Assembly (NCBI GenBank): GCA_965203485.1
Contig: OZ241892.1
Coordinates: 3,072,001 to 3,136,000 of the forward strand
Direction of reading: 5' to 3'
Source of the DNA: Longimicrobiales bacterium
GTDB lineage: Bacteria > Gemmatimonadota > Gemmatimonadetes > Longimicrobiales > Gaopeijiaceae
DNA length: 64,000 bases
The number at the start of each line of letters is the position of its first letter. The first letter of the stretch is position 1. Under the pieces are notes generated by a model, which saw nothing but the letters and a program-made list of their open reading frames with translations, had not been told where the DNA came from and did no database searches. This document shows, piece after piece, positions 10,084 to 19,485 of this stretch. Both the position numbers and the translations under genes were made by a program.

Positions 10084-13000
10084 CTACCAGAGGGTCCCCT
10101 GCGAAGCAACGGATCCTTCGCGAACGACGCCCCGCGACTGCTCCTGGCGAAGGTGGTTCTGGATGGATTCCAGCAACGCGCGCTCCTCCGTGCCTTCGCC
10201 GGCCAGCTCGATCACCGCCTGGACGACCCGCGCGAACAGCTCGTGGCTCCACAGCCCTCTCCGCTCCAAGTACGCATCGACCTTGGACCGCTCGCCCGTC
10301 TGCCACAACTGCATGACCTTGTGCACGCAATCGACGAGCGGCGGCATTTGCCCGTCCCGGCCCTTCTCGCCCAGGTCGTTGGGCTTGCGGCGATGCCACG
10401 GCTTGATGCGAATCGTGCTTCCCGATGCGGGCGCGGCATCCTCGGCGCCGTCGGGGTTGGCGCTGCGGCCGCCCTTGGCGAGCAGGTCGAGGCGTCCCGT
10501 CAGCTCCGAGTCCGGCACGTCGCACGACAGAGCGTAGAGGATGCAGGCCCCGGCCGGAGCGGGCTCCAGTCCGAAGTCGTTGCGGTGGAGCAGATAGTAC
10601 GTCGTCGGATCGTCCAGCTCGTCGTCGGCCCCGCCTTCGCGCTTCAGCAGGCGATTGACGACGAACCCCACGACCATGCGCCGCACCCGGCGAAGAAACT
10701 CGTCGCTCGTCAGTCGTTCGTTCGGCTTGTTGGCCTTCCTGACGAAGGGATGCTTGCTGAAGGCTTCCAAGGCCGGCCCGGTCGCCGCCCACACGAAGTC
10801 CGGCCCGCGAATGCCCGCGACCCAGAAATCGCCAAGCCGCTTGGTGATCTTCTCCTCCATTTCGTCGAGCACCTGCTCGTCCCAGCCCGCCTTGGTCCCG
10901 GCTGGCCGCTTTCGGCAGACGATCCAGATGGAGGCGGACAGCGCGGCGGAGGCCATGGAGCGCTGGCGGGTCTGCATCTCGGTCTGGATGGGCCAGGAAG
11001 CGGTCACCGCGAAGCCCGCGCGAATCAGGGCCGACACCAGGGTCTCCCAAGCGTCGGGCGACTTGTTGGCGAATACGACGACGAGGCGGCCGTTGTCGCG
11101 AAGCGCGCCGTAGAAGCGCTTGAAGGCGCGGAACATGCCGTCTTCGTAGTTCTGCTTGGACGCTTGGCGGTCGCCTCCGAAGCGGCTGGCGTCGTCGATG
11201 AGTTCGCCGTCGTTGGCCTCGGCGTCCCATTTGGGACCGAGCGGCGCAGAGAACACTTCGTCGATCTCGGGCGACAGTCCGTGGAGGACGCGCCGAAGCC
11301 AGACGTGGAAGAAGTCCATCAGGTCGGAGTAGGGGATCGCGTCGTAGTACGGCGGGTCGGTGCAGATGACGTCGAAGTCTTCGGATGCTTGGAGGTCGAT
11401 GGCGCTCCCGCACCTGATCTTGGGCGGCGGAGCGTCAGCGACCGCGCCCGCCGTTCGCTCGACATAGCGGGCGACCCATTCCGTCATTGCCGTGAAGCCG
11501 CCGGTTCGTTGCGACAGCGGGTTGACTTCGCAGAAGTCCCAGACCATGGGAAGGGCGAAGCGGGCGAAGGTTTGGCGTAGTGCTTCGTTGCCGTTTTTCC
11601 ATGAGCATATCGAGCTACTGTAATCCGTGAACTTGCTCAGCACAAGAGACAAGTACGCGACAATCGCTTCCTGCCATTCGTCGGGATAGTTGAACTCGGC
11701 CAACTCCGATCGGCAACGGCGGATTTCTTGGATGATGGTCCTCAAAGCGAGTAGTTGCCGGTTGGTGAAGAGGCTGTGCCAAGTCGTGAAGCCGTATCGC
11801 GTCGTCCGTATGCCCAGGCTACCCTCGTCGGGCGTCGGATCATCCGGAAGACCAAACGGCACGTCGGCGTACAGCCTCTTGATCTCCTCCTCCGTCGCCG
11901 ACGCCGCCCGCACTTCCTCGTCCGTGGGGAGCCGATACTCCTTGCCTCGCTGGCCATCCACAACCACCGCTGTCAAGCGCGCGCCTAGTCGTCCGCCACG
12001 CCCTTCGCGGCGCAACTCGGCCATCGGCATCACGGCATGGCATGTGGGACACGTCACGCCGGTCCGGCTCATCGTGCCCCCGCCCATTTGTCTCTCGTAT
12101 TCCCGTCGCGCCACTGCACTGTCCCCACCCTTCGGTACGCCGACTTCGACGTTGAACACAACCCCCTTTCCATCCGAGTTCGCTTCCATTGCAAGCCGCA
12201 CCCGCTTCTTCCCTTTCCTGCACAGCCACCGCGTCTTCAGCAAAGGGATCTCGGTTCGACAGTCACCGCATCGAACCGTTCGCGCCCACAAGTACGCCAC
12301 GACCGGCTTCGCAATCCACCTCGGGTTGGTCCGGTCCTGCATGTACTTCGCGTCAAACGCAACATTAAGCTCTACGACAGAGACGCTCCCGTCTTCGTCC
12401 GGCTCCAGCAACCGTCCTTTCCTCTTGAACTCTTCGGAACCGTTGCCGCTTCCGTCGGTGTTGCCTTCGTCGCCTCCCTCTTCGTCCCCGACTCGGCTAC
12501 GGCCCGACGAATCCACCGTTTGCACCGGCGAGTGCGCCGTCGTGGCCCGGCGCCTCCCCTTCTCCTCCACCGGCTCAAAGTCCGCGTAGGTCGGATACCG
12601 GCTCGCCAATCTCCGGCGCACCCGCATCAGCACCAATCGACTCCAAGCCCGAAGATGCCAAGCGAAGTCGGCCTCTTCGACCACCGACCGCGATCTCAAT
12701 GCCGCCGGAACGGTCTCAACGGCATCCTTCCCCCCATGTCCCAGCCACGCGAGTTCCCGCCGCAGGGCCTTTTCCTTCATGCCTCTTGCCTTCAAAAACG
12801 CCGTGACAAAACCCCGATCCCGCAACGCAAACCCAGGAAGCCCCCGCTTCTGCCCAGCCACCAAGCGCGGATAGTGCAACGAGCACCGCAGGAGAAACCA
12901 TGCCACCGGGCTCAAGTCGGAAGCCATCACCTCGCACCCAAGCCGCATCCCTTCCAACGGGATCGCGCCCCCACCAGCAAACGGATCCAGCACCCGCGGC

Positions 13001-13377
13001 ACCTCCCCCTCAAACGCCGCCCGCAATTCCTCCCTTAGCTCCGCAAACGCCGGCCCGTCCTCCCGGCCCCACCGAAACACGCCCCCGACGGTGTACGCCT
13101 TGCCGTTATCACCGTCCTGATCTGCCGGAACTACCTCACCGCCCATCTTCTCCACAAGCCGCCGCCGAGAAGCACTCGTCCCCGGATCCGGCAACAAGGC
13201 CGTCAACAACGCCGCCCGACTGGCCGCCAAAGGCCGCCTCGCCGGCCAGATGTGCAATGTGGAGAGGTGACCGTGCCGGACGTGCTTTTCGTGCACCGCA
13301 TCCACCGAAACCGATCGTATGGGAAACACCACCTCGCCAACTCGCGTTCCGACCACTGTTATCCCTACTGGCGTCAT
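10084..13377 (-). CDS. DUF1156-domain DNA methyltransferase (amino-MTase, probably m6A) with Zn ribbon
   Basis: HIWPARRPLAASRAA; DPFAGGG; CGDC/CPTC; TDPPYYD. Confidence 0.92.
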   Translation of the reverse strand: MTPVGITVVGTRVGEVVFPIRSVSVDAVHEKHVRHGHLSTLHIWPARRPLAASRAALLTALLPDPGTSASRRRLVEKMGGEVVPADQDGDNGKAYTVGGVFRWGREDGPAFAELREELRAAFEGEVPRVLDPFAGGGAIPLEGMRLGCEVMASDLSPVAWFLLRCSLHYPRLVAGQKRGLPGFALRDRGFVTAFLKARGMKEKALRRELAWLGHGGKDAVETVPAALRSRSVVEEADFAWHLRAWSRLVLMRVRRRLASRYPTYADFEPVEEKGRRRATTAHSPVQTVDSSGRSRVGDEEGGDEGNTDGSGNGSEEFKRKGRLLEPDEDGSVSVVELNVAFDAKYMQDRTNPRWIAKPVVAYLWARTVRCGDCRTEIPLLKTRWLCRKGKKRVRLAMEANSDGKGVVFNVEVGVPKGGDSAVARREYERQMGGGTMSRTGVTCPTCHAVMPMAELRREGRGGRLGARLTAVVVDGQRGKEYRLPTDEEVRAASATEEEIKRLYADVPFGLPDDPTPDEGSLGIRTTRYGFTTWHSLFTNRQLLALRTIIQEIRRCRSELAEFNYPDEWQEAIVAYLSLVLSKFTDYSSSICSWKNGNEALRQTFARFALPMVWDFCEVNPLSQRTGGFTAMTEWVARYVERTAGAVADAPPPKIRCGSAIDLQASEDFDVICTDPPYYDAIPYSDLMDFFHVWLRRVLHGLSPEIDEVFSAPLGPKWDAEANDGELIDDASRFGGDRQASKQNYEDGMFRAFKRFYGALRDNGRLVVVFANKSPDAWETLVSALIRAGFAVTASWPIQTEMQTRQRSMASAALSASIWIVCRKRPAGTKAGWDEQVLDEMEEKITKRLGDFWVAGIRGPDFVWAATGPALEAFSKHPFVRKANKPNERLTSDEFLRRVRRMVVGFVVNRLLKREGGADDELDDPTTYYLLHRNDFGLEPAPAGACILYALSCDVPDSELTGRLDLLAKGGRSANPDGAEDAAPASGSTIRIKPWHRRKPNDLGEKGRDGQMPPLVDCVHKVMQLWQTGERSKVDAYLERRGLWSHELFARVVQAVIELAGEGTEERALLESIQNHLRQEQSRGVVREGSVASQGTLW

Positions 13378-15846
13378 CTATTCTTCCTCCGCTACTTTCT
13401 TTTCAGAGCTAAATCCCTTTCCAACCAGTGACTTCTGCGCATGAGTGACAACGACTTCTGGTGATTGTCGAAGATATATCTCATTTGCCGTCAGATTCAA
13501 AGACATCCGTCCAGCCGCCAGCGTTTCAAGCGCTGTCAACCGACGTTGAAATTCTTCAAAATTCATTTGGCCTTTCCACTGTCCCTGTTGAAACACCGAT
13601 CGATATGGCACCGGTTCGTTTTCCGCCTCTGATCCTTGTCGTCGCCAAATTTCTTCGAGCACCGCTTGGTAGTCGAAATCTTTCAACGGATTAGCAAGCT
13701 TACTAATGCGTTCCATCTTCTCTTCGGGCGATTCTATGGCAAACAATACGTCTTGCAACAACGGCAACGAATATCCAAAATCTACAACGGCCGCATGCAA
13801 TTTCGCAATCGCATCTGTCTCCATTATCGATACGCCGCCAATTTCGCGGCATTCTCCTATGATGGCCACGTCATCACTTATTTTTCTGTTAAATCCGCTA
13901 AATCGTCGCGCAACTATAACTGCATGACTCGCACCGACATCATTCCGATGACGTACTACCTGACTAACGCCTGCGGTCTTGTTGTCAATGGCATTTTTCG
14001 ATCCTTTCGCTTCAATTATGAATCTGTAGCTCTCAATGCCGATCGTTGCGAGCACGAGAATATCTTTTCTGCCAGAACCGCCATCAACACTTGTTCGAAA
14101 TCCCATCTTTTCAAACACTTTCGATACCGCTCGTTCGAAGTTGTGGCCTCCGACGTATGACATTCGCTCCATTTCTTCCACAATACCGGGTATCTCATTG
14201 TGGACACTCGCCAATTGTCGAAAAAGCCCATCGCGCCACGCCATGACGTTTTCTACATATTCGGAAGACATGCCAATATCATACAGATATCCTTCAAACA
14301 ACGTCTCCGATACCGCAAATAGTTCCAACGTTCTCAATAGCTTGCGTCCGGTTTTTGATTGTCCGACAAAATCTTGTACAGCTTCATAATATGGATGCGT
14401 CGTGTTAACATAAAACGCTCCATCCGTCGTGGCCAATTCTGATATATTCCTGTCTCTTCCTAATGGTCGCCGATCAATTCTCGCACTTGCAAAATCGAAT
14501 ACATTTTGGATTTCCAGTGGCATCTTTAAAAGCAAGGCGTTCAGTGGCGATCTATAGTACATGCGAGAGGAAACCGGCAATCGCGAGATCGTACTGGTCG
14601 ACTCCTCGCGCACTTCATCCCTTTCCTCTACTGCGATCCTAGTGATTCCCATCAACGTTCGTTGCAATTCTTGTAACTCATCTATGGACAATGCATCTTG
14701 CCGAAGCCGTTGTCGGTCTGCAAGAAGATCAATGTCAAGTCGATCTGCATGAATAACAAATTGCGATCTATAAAACGTTTGATACGATGGCTCCGCGACA
14801 TATAATTTATCGTCATCTGGGTTTATCAAGCGGCCACGTACCATGAGAAAGAATCCATGACTACGGCCGTTTTCAGCGGCTCGATACTTCAAAAGTGAAT
14901 CGTCGAACATGCGTATTTGACCCCAGATTCGCCCAAGATGCCCAAAATCAACATAGTGTACAGCTTGATCTGGTTGCGCCGGATTCAGATCAATCTTCTT
15001 TCCGAACGTTGGATTGGGAAGATCAAGCTTTCGCCAACGATTCTTAATGGCGTCAACAACGATTTCTGAACCAAGAGTCCAAACAAGCTGGGCCTGCTTC
15101 GCAAGTTTACTGCGTACTTCTTCTTCGTTAACTCTCACCATAAAATCGGGCCGCAAAGGCATTCCGTTACCGAGTATCCACATCAGACGACCTACTGGTA
15201 AGTCGTCATTTCGTAGATTTTCTACGACAGCCAACGTCCACGTCTCGGCGTCAAACATTTCCTGAATCGACGGTGGCGGATTATCGAATAGTTCATGGAC
15301 AACTCGAAGAGCAACTTCTTTGTTTAGATAATACACCGGTTCCTCAATTGGACGGGTCGGCGAAATAGATTCAGAGTTTCCAGGAACCCTTTTCGCGGGA
15401 TCAATCTTATCGTAATCAACTGTGATCAAGTAGTATTTGTTGTTATGTTTACACAGATGGCTGATCGACTTGCCGAGTGCATAAGATGCGAGTTTGCCGA
15501 TTCCGAATTTACCTATGATTTGACGTTTTTTGTTCTTTCGCTCAATAATACGGTTGCCATTGTTCTTCGGGCTATTAGCGATCAACCACAGCTGTTTCAA
15601 TCCGTCCACACTCATTGAGTTACCGTTATCCCACACCAAGACCTTGTCAGATGTATACGGACCGGGTGTATAAACTCGAACACTTTCGGCAAAAGCATCG
15701 AATCCGTTAACGACTAATTCTTCTACAGCTTTGTAAGGTGATTCATACAGGAATCGCGAAAAATGTTCGATGATGCGATTGTCGACGGCAAGAACGACTT
15801 TGTCAATTTTCGAACCAATGTTTTGACCTTGTTCCTTTAGCAACAT
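13378..15846 (-). CDS. MORC/GHKL ATPase fused to a C-terminal PD-(D/E)XK (Mrr-like) nuclease domain
   Basis: ELVVNGFDA, DNGNSM and GKFGIGKLA GHKL motifs; FERAV..VFEKMGF...KDIL...IIEAK; visibly AT-rich. Confidence 0.82.
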   Translation of the reverse strand: MLLKEQGQNIGSKIDKVVLAVDNRIIEHFSRFLYESPYKAVEELVVNGFDAFAESVRVYTPGPYTSDKVLVWDNGNSMSVDGLKQLWLIANSPKNNGNRIIERKNKKRQIIGKFGIGKLASYALGKSISHLCKHNNKYYLITVDYDKIDPAKRVPGNSESISPTRPIEEPVYYLNKEVALRVVHELFDNPPPSIQEMFDAETWTLAVVENLRNDDLPVGRLMWILGNGMPLRPDFMVRVNEEEVRSKLAKQAQLVWTLGSEIVVDAIKNRWRKLDLPNPTFGKKIDLNPAQPDQAVHYVDFGHLGRIWGQIRMFDDSLLKYRAAENGRSHGFFLMVRGRLINPDDDKLYVAEPSYQTFYRSQFVIHADRLDIDLLADRQRLRQDALSIDELQELQRTLMGITRIAVEERDEVREESTSTISRLPVSSRMYYRSPLNALLLKMPLEIQNVFDFASARIDRRPLGRDRNISELATTDGAFYVNTTHPYYEAVQDFVGQSKTGRKLLRTLELFAVSETLFEGYLYDIGMSSEYVENVMAWRDGLFRQLASVHNEIPGIVEEMERMSYVGGHNFERAVSKVFEKMGFRTSVDGGSGRKDILVLATIGIESYRFIIEAKGSKNAIDNKTAGVSQVVRHRNDVGASHAVIVARRFSGFNRKISDDVAIIGECREIGGVSIMETDAIAKLHAAVVDFGYSLPLLQDVLFAIESPEEKMERISKLANPLKDFDYQAVLEEIWRRQGSEAENEPVPYRSVFQQGQWKGQMNFEEFQRRLTALETLAAGRMSLNLTANEIYLRQSPEVVVTHAQKSLVGKGFSSEKKVAEEE

Positions 15847-15861
15847 AGTGATCTATCCCTT

Positions 15862-17220
15862 CTAATACTGTTGAGGTTCGGTTGTGGCGTAGCTTTTCGT
15901 GCAACCAAATCCACCTTGGCTGGCGGACAGCGCACGATATGCCATGCGACATCGAGTGTCGCCCAGAGGAAGTAGCTGGTTAGATTTCTTTCTTTGCAAC
16001 AATGTCGCCAACACATTGCCGTGACACTCGGTAAACCGAGGGGGCACCGCCTCCCCGATCATCGCACGGAGTTCGGTCACGCCACGCTTCTCCAGTGCAT
16101 CGCCCCAGATAAAATCTTCTGGTATAGTTTGGAGAAGTGCACACTCTAACGGACTAAAGACCCGGTTCTCGAACGGATGAATCGTATGACTCCCGCCAAT
16201 GCGACCCGATGCTGTCGTGATAGTCGCTGCTGGCCTTTGGGGGTCCATTCGTTTATAGCTACCACGGCGAAATCCCTTGACAAGGCGCGGACGGCTCCCC
16301 TCAAATACGATCGGCCGAGGAAGCGGGGCACAACAGATTGGACAGACAGCGGCATCCTCGGACGGTGAAACCTCGCCACATGAAACGCACCGCGTTGTGT
16401 CCCAAGCACTGGCGCCGGTGCCGGCGGGAACCATAGAGACCATCCTGTATTGCCGTGGCGACCACGCTGGTACGAAGTGGAGAGCGCGAGTTGAATCGGT
16501 GCATGTAGAGGGCAACCGGGCATCGAGAGGAGGAAGGCCGAAGGTCGCTAGCGCGGTAGCCAGGGTGACGTGGCGACCACCATGATCACGGGCGTGTGTA
16601 GGAATCGGATATGGCACGACGGCATCGGTATCTAGGATTGATGTCAGCCCAGATGTCCGGTGGACAAACGTTAGAAATGTTCTTACGCGCCTCTGGGGAA
16701 TGCCATAATCGGCCAGATCTGTAACAAGAGGATAGACGGTGTACCATCTCGAAAGCAAGCGAACCAGCAACATGGCGGCCGAAATGCCAGTTCCGCCCCG
16801 AATTGTTCCTACCTGCCGACGCAAGAAGGCAGTGACATTCTCAACGACGATGAGTCGCGGCTGGAGTCTAGCCGCCACACGGGCGATTGGAAGGACCAGT
16901 AGATTACGCGTATCCCTAGCTCCCGTACTGGGGTCTGCTTCCAAACCTCGATCGGAACGGGCGGTGCTCAAGCCTTGGCACGGCGGGCAGGCGGCGAGGA
17001 GATCTGGCTGGGCATGTCCATGACGGGCACGCCATGCGTCAACGACCGGATACCAAGTCCGCCTTAGATCGCCGACAACTCCGTGAGCGCCAGCATGGTT
17101 CCGTATAGCGACATCGAGTCGGCTGGATATCGATTCGGCCATTATCTCGAACTGGAAGCCTGCCGTTGCAAAGCCAATATCTCCTGCACCACAATTGGAG
17201 AATAGGCTAACAGCCTTCAT
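15862..17220 (-). CDS. dcm: DNA (cytosine-5) methyltransferase
   Basis: SLFSNCGAG (motif I), PPCQG (IV), VENV (VI), PQRRVR (VIII), LQTIP..IGEAVPP (IX/X); CxxC..CxxC insert in the variable region. Confidence 0.93.
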   Translation of the reverse strand: MKAVSLFSNCGAGDIGFATAGFQFEIMAESISSRLDVAIRNHAGAHGVVGDLRRTWYPVVDAWRARHGHAQPDLLAACPPCQGLSTARSDRGLEADPSTGARDTRNLLVLPIARVAARLQPRLIVVENVTAFLRRQVGTIRGGTGISAAMLLVRLLSRWYTVYPLVTDLADYGIPQRRVRTFLTFVHRTSGLTSILDTDAVVPYPIPTHARDHGGRHVTLATALATFGLPPLDARLPSTCTDSTRALHFVPAWSPRQYRMVSMVPAGTGASAWDTTRCVSCGEVSPSEDAAVCPICCAPLPRPIVFEGSRPRLVKGFRRGSYKRMDPQRPAATITTASGRIGGSHTIHPFENRVFSPLECALLQTIPEDFIWGDALEKRGVTELRAMIGEAVPPRFTECHGNVLATLLQRKKSNQLLPLGDTRCRMAYRALSASQGGFGCTKSYATTEPQQY

Positions 17221-17379
17221 GCTACATCTTCTCCCGGCGGACACTGGCGGCACGGAGATGGCTTGTTGCGATTCCGCCGAGTCGATCTCCACGCCATGGC
17301 GCCACTAACCAGCCCATTTGAGTCGCCAATCGATCCTTGATCAATAGGCGTCCGGCAGATATCGACAAGTCTTGTGATA

Positions 17380-17557
17380 AAATGCCCTTCAGCCTCACCG
17401 TCTCTTGCGTTGTCAGCCACTGGTTTCGGGGATTGACCTCCACTGCCACAGACTCCAACGCCGTCACGCCCAATGGTTCCGAGTTCGAGTCTACGAAGAC
17501 GATCAGCCCGGTCGTGAACTCGTCCATGAACGTGATCCGGATACCGCCGATGTCCAT
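17380..17557 (-). pseudogene. C-terminal fragment of a clan AA aspartic-protease-like protein
   Basis: MDIGGIRITFMDEFTTGLIVF..SEPLGVTALESVAVEVNPRNQ.L...VRLK resembles the LGxxALE tail; no N-terminal DTG motif. Confidence 0.5.
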
Positions 17558-17659
17558 TGTCCGGCGGCGGTGGCGGCGGCTTGGACAGGTGAGCAGCCTT
17601 GGGGTCTTGCCGCCAGTTCTTGGCGGCAGATTCGGTACGGATCTGGCCCCTTGTTTCCA

Positions 17660-17999
17660 CGGCCGCCTCCAGAGTGTCCTTAGCCGAAGTCGTATACCGG
17701 ATGCTGATCCTCTTGCCTGCGACAACGTACGGAACGGATCGCGCACGCGGAAGGAGGCGGCGATTCGGCATCGCGCAGTCCAGGAGAACGTACAGCCAGT
17801 ACTCGTCGCCGAGATGGTTGGCCCGGCTCCATTCGTTGGTCTCCATCTGCACATCGCCTCCGGTCGGCCAGCCCTTGACCTCAATGTGATGGCAACTCTC
17901 GCCAGGGCGGTCGGACACTAAGGCGAAACCGGGCCAACCGGGGAAGGCGACGACGCGAAGTTCCGCACAACGAGCCTTGGTAAGCCGTTTGGTTGACAT
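17660..17999 (-). pseudogene. Diverged second copy of the helicase DUF3883 tail, fused to a 15-codon foreign N-terminus
   Basis: 17660-17958 aligns with about 19525-19820 (HIEVKG, NEW..ANHLGDEYWLYV.LDCA); ATG 17999 has a GGAG RBS. Confidence 0.8.
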
Positions 18000-18020
18000 G
18001 AACGTTCTCCGTGGCCCCGG

Positions 18021-19367
18021 CTAAAGCCGCTTCCGACACATGCGCAATCGTTCGACAATCTCCCTACAGTGACTGTCCTTCAACGACACGGAATCGACCA
18101 CTTCCGCCAATTGCCGATAGTCCGCGAGCAGTGGTTCGTACGGGATTACGACCGGAACGTGCGGGCTGTCAATGGCCTCCAAGTCGTCCGTTGTCCAAAA
18201 ATCCTCTCCGTATTCGGGATCGGCATAATATCTCTCCGAAAACAGGTCGCGAGAGCGAGTTAGAAACGCATCCGCCGATGCCTTGTACTGTTGCTGTTGT
18301 CGGGGAATCATGGCTGCAACCCAAATGCACTCCGATTGAGATCGCGGATTCGATTCCTGCAATCGCTGACGACCCAGCCGGTCAAGCAACAGTTCCGTGC
18401 CATGCCAGCTCGACTCTGCCAGTGCGCCGAACAACACGTTTATGTGACAGAATCCGCCGGTCAAAAACCCGCTCACCTCGCCGAGTCCCGCTCGCGAATC
18501 GATCAATATCCAGCTTGGCTCCAGCTCTTCCCGAACGTGGTGCATGAGGGCGACTAGCGCATGGTCGCGACCGTCGAGCGGATTGGCGTAGTCGACTCGG
18601 GCCAGCTTGTGGATGAAATCCGGGCCAAGCGTGCCGGCCGGGAACACCAGTATCTCTCTGTCGTTGCCGGAATCGCGGATCGCAGACCTATGGTAGTACT
18701 CGTCGAGCTTGGGTACCATGCCTTTGGCTTCCAGCACGGGTTGCTCCAGCAAGTAGTCGACTATGCCGTGGGGTGCGATGGCGCCGTCAAGGTCCACAAG
18801 CAACGAACCGACCCCGGGGGCGTCGAGGTCGGCGTCGATCACCACGACGCGCTCCCCGCTGGCCGCGAGACGCAAGGCAGTGGCGGCAAGAGCGGTCGAA
18901 CGGCCGACCCCTCCTTTGAACGAATAGAACAAGGCAATCGCACATTCGTCCTGCCCGCCCGGCCACGGCGGCTCGGCCGGCGCGTCGAACCACGCCGCCT
19001 TTGATCTGTGTCGCTTGAGGACACGGAGGCGATCGTCGGCATCGGTCACGCCGCTCGCCCGTTCCCACGCACGATTCTGCCAAGCAACGTCAGGATGCTC
19101 GCGATCCTCGGCCTGGATGACGCCCTGGGACCAGTACGGCCCACCGGCATCGGCCATTACGCGGTGGACTTCCTTGCGACCCGACGCCCAATCTCCCTTG
19201 GGACACCACAAGATCACCCGCAACCGCCCCGTGACATCGGCGATCAGGACGGCGCGCCAAGCACCCGGTTTGCCGAGCAGAAACTGCGAGAGGCCGGACT
19301 TCGCCTCTCTCCATGCGTCGTCGAAGTGGAACGCTGATTCACGCATGGCCACGGCCTTGTCGCTCAT
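18021..19367 (-). CDS. ParA/MinD-like ATPase (KGGVGR variant) with N-terminal extension
   Basis: FYSFKGGVGRST; VIDADLDAPG; LIDSRAG. Start 19367 or 19346. Confidence 0.85.
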   Translation of the reverse strand: MSDKAVAMRESAFHFDDAWREAKSGLSQFLLGKPGAWRAVLIADVTGRLRVILWCPKGDWASGRKEVHRVMADAGGPYWSQGVIQAEDREHPDVAWQNRAWERASGVTDADDRLRVLKRHRSKAAWFDAPAEPPWPGGQDECAIALFYSFKGGVGRSTALAATALRLAASGERVVVIDADLDAPGVGSLLVDLDGAIAPHGIVDYLLEQPVLEAKGMVPKLDEYYHRSAIRDSGNDREILVFPAGTLGPDFIHKLARVDYANPLDGRDHALVALMHHVREELEPSWILIDSRAGLGEVSGFLTGGFCHINVLFGALAESSWHGTELLLDRLGRQRLQESNPRSQSECIWVAAMIPRQQQQYKASADAFLTRSRDLFSERYYADPEYGEDFWTTDDLEAIDSPHVPVVIPYEPLLADYRQLAEVVDSVSLKDSHCREIVERLRMCRKRL

Positions 19368-19485
19368 CCGATCAATCCGTCCATGCTGAGCTCGCCGATG
19401 ACGAGGGTATGGATCGCGGTTGCTTCGCGGAGCCAGGGAGCAGTCGTCCGTCGCGGCACCAGTCATAAGCCATGAACGACGCCCA

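Noticed and set aside
10037..11413. 459-aa N-terminal extension of the DUF499 ORF overlapping DUF1156
   Set aside because: Arg-rich off-frame read of the methyltransferase gene; the family N-terminus begins at 10036.
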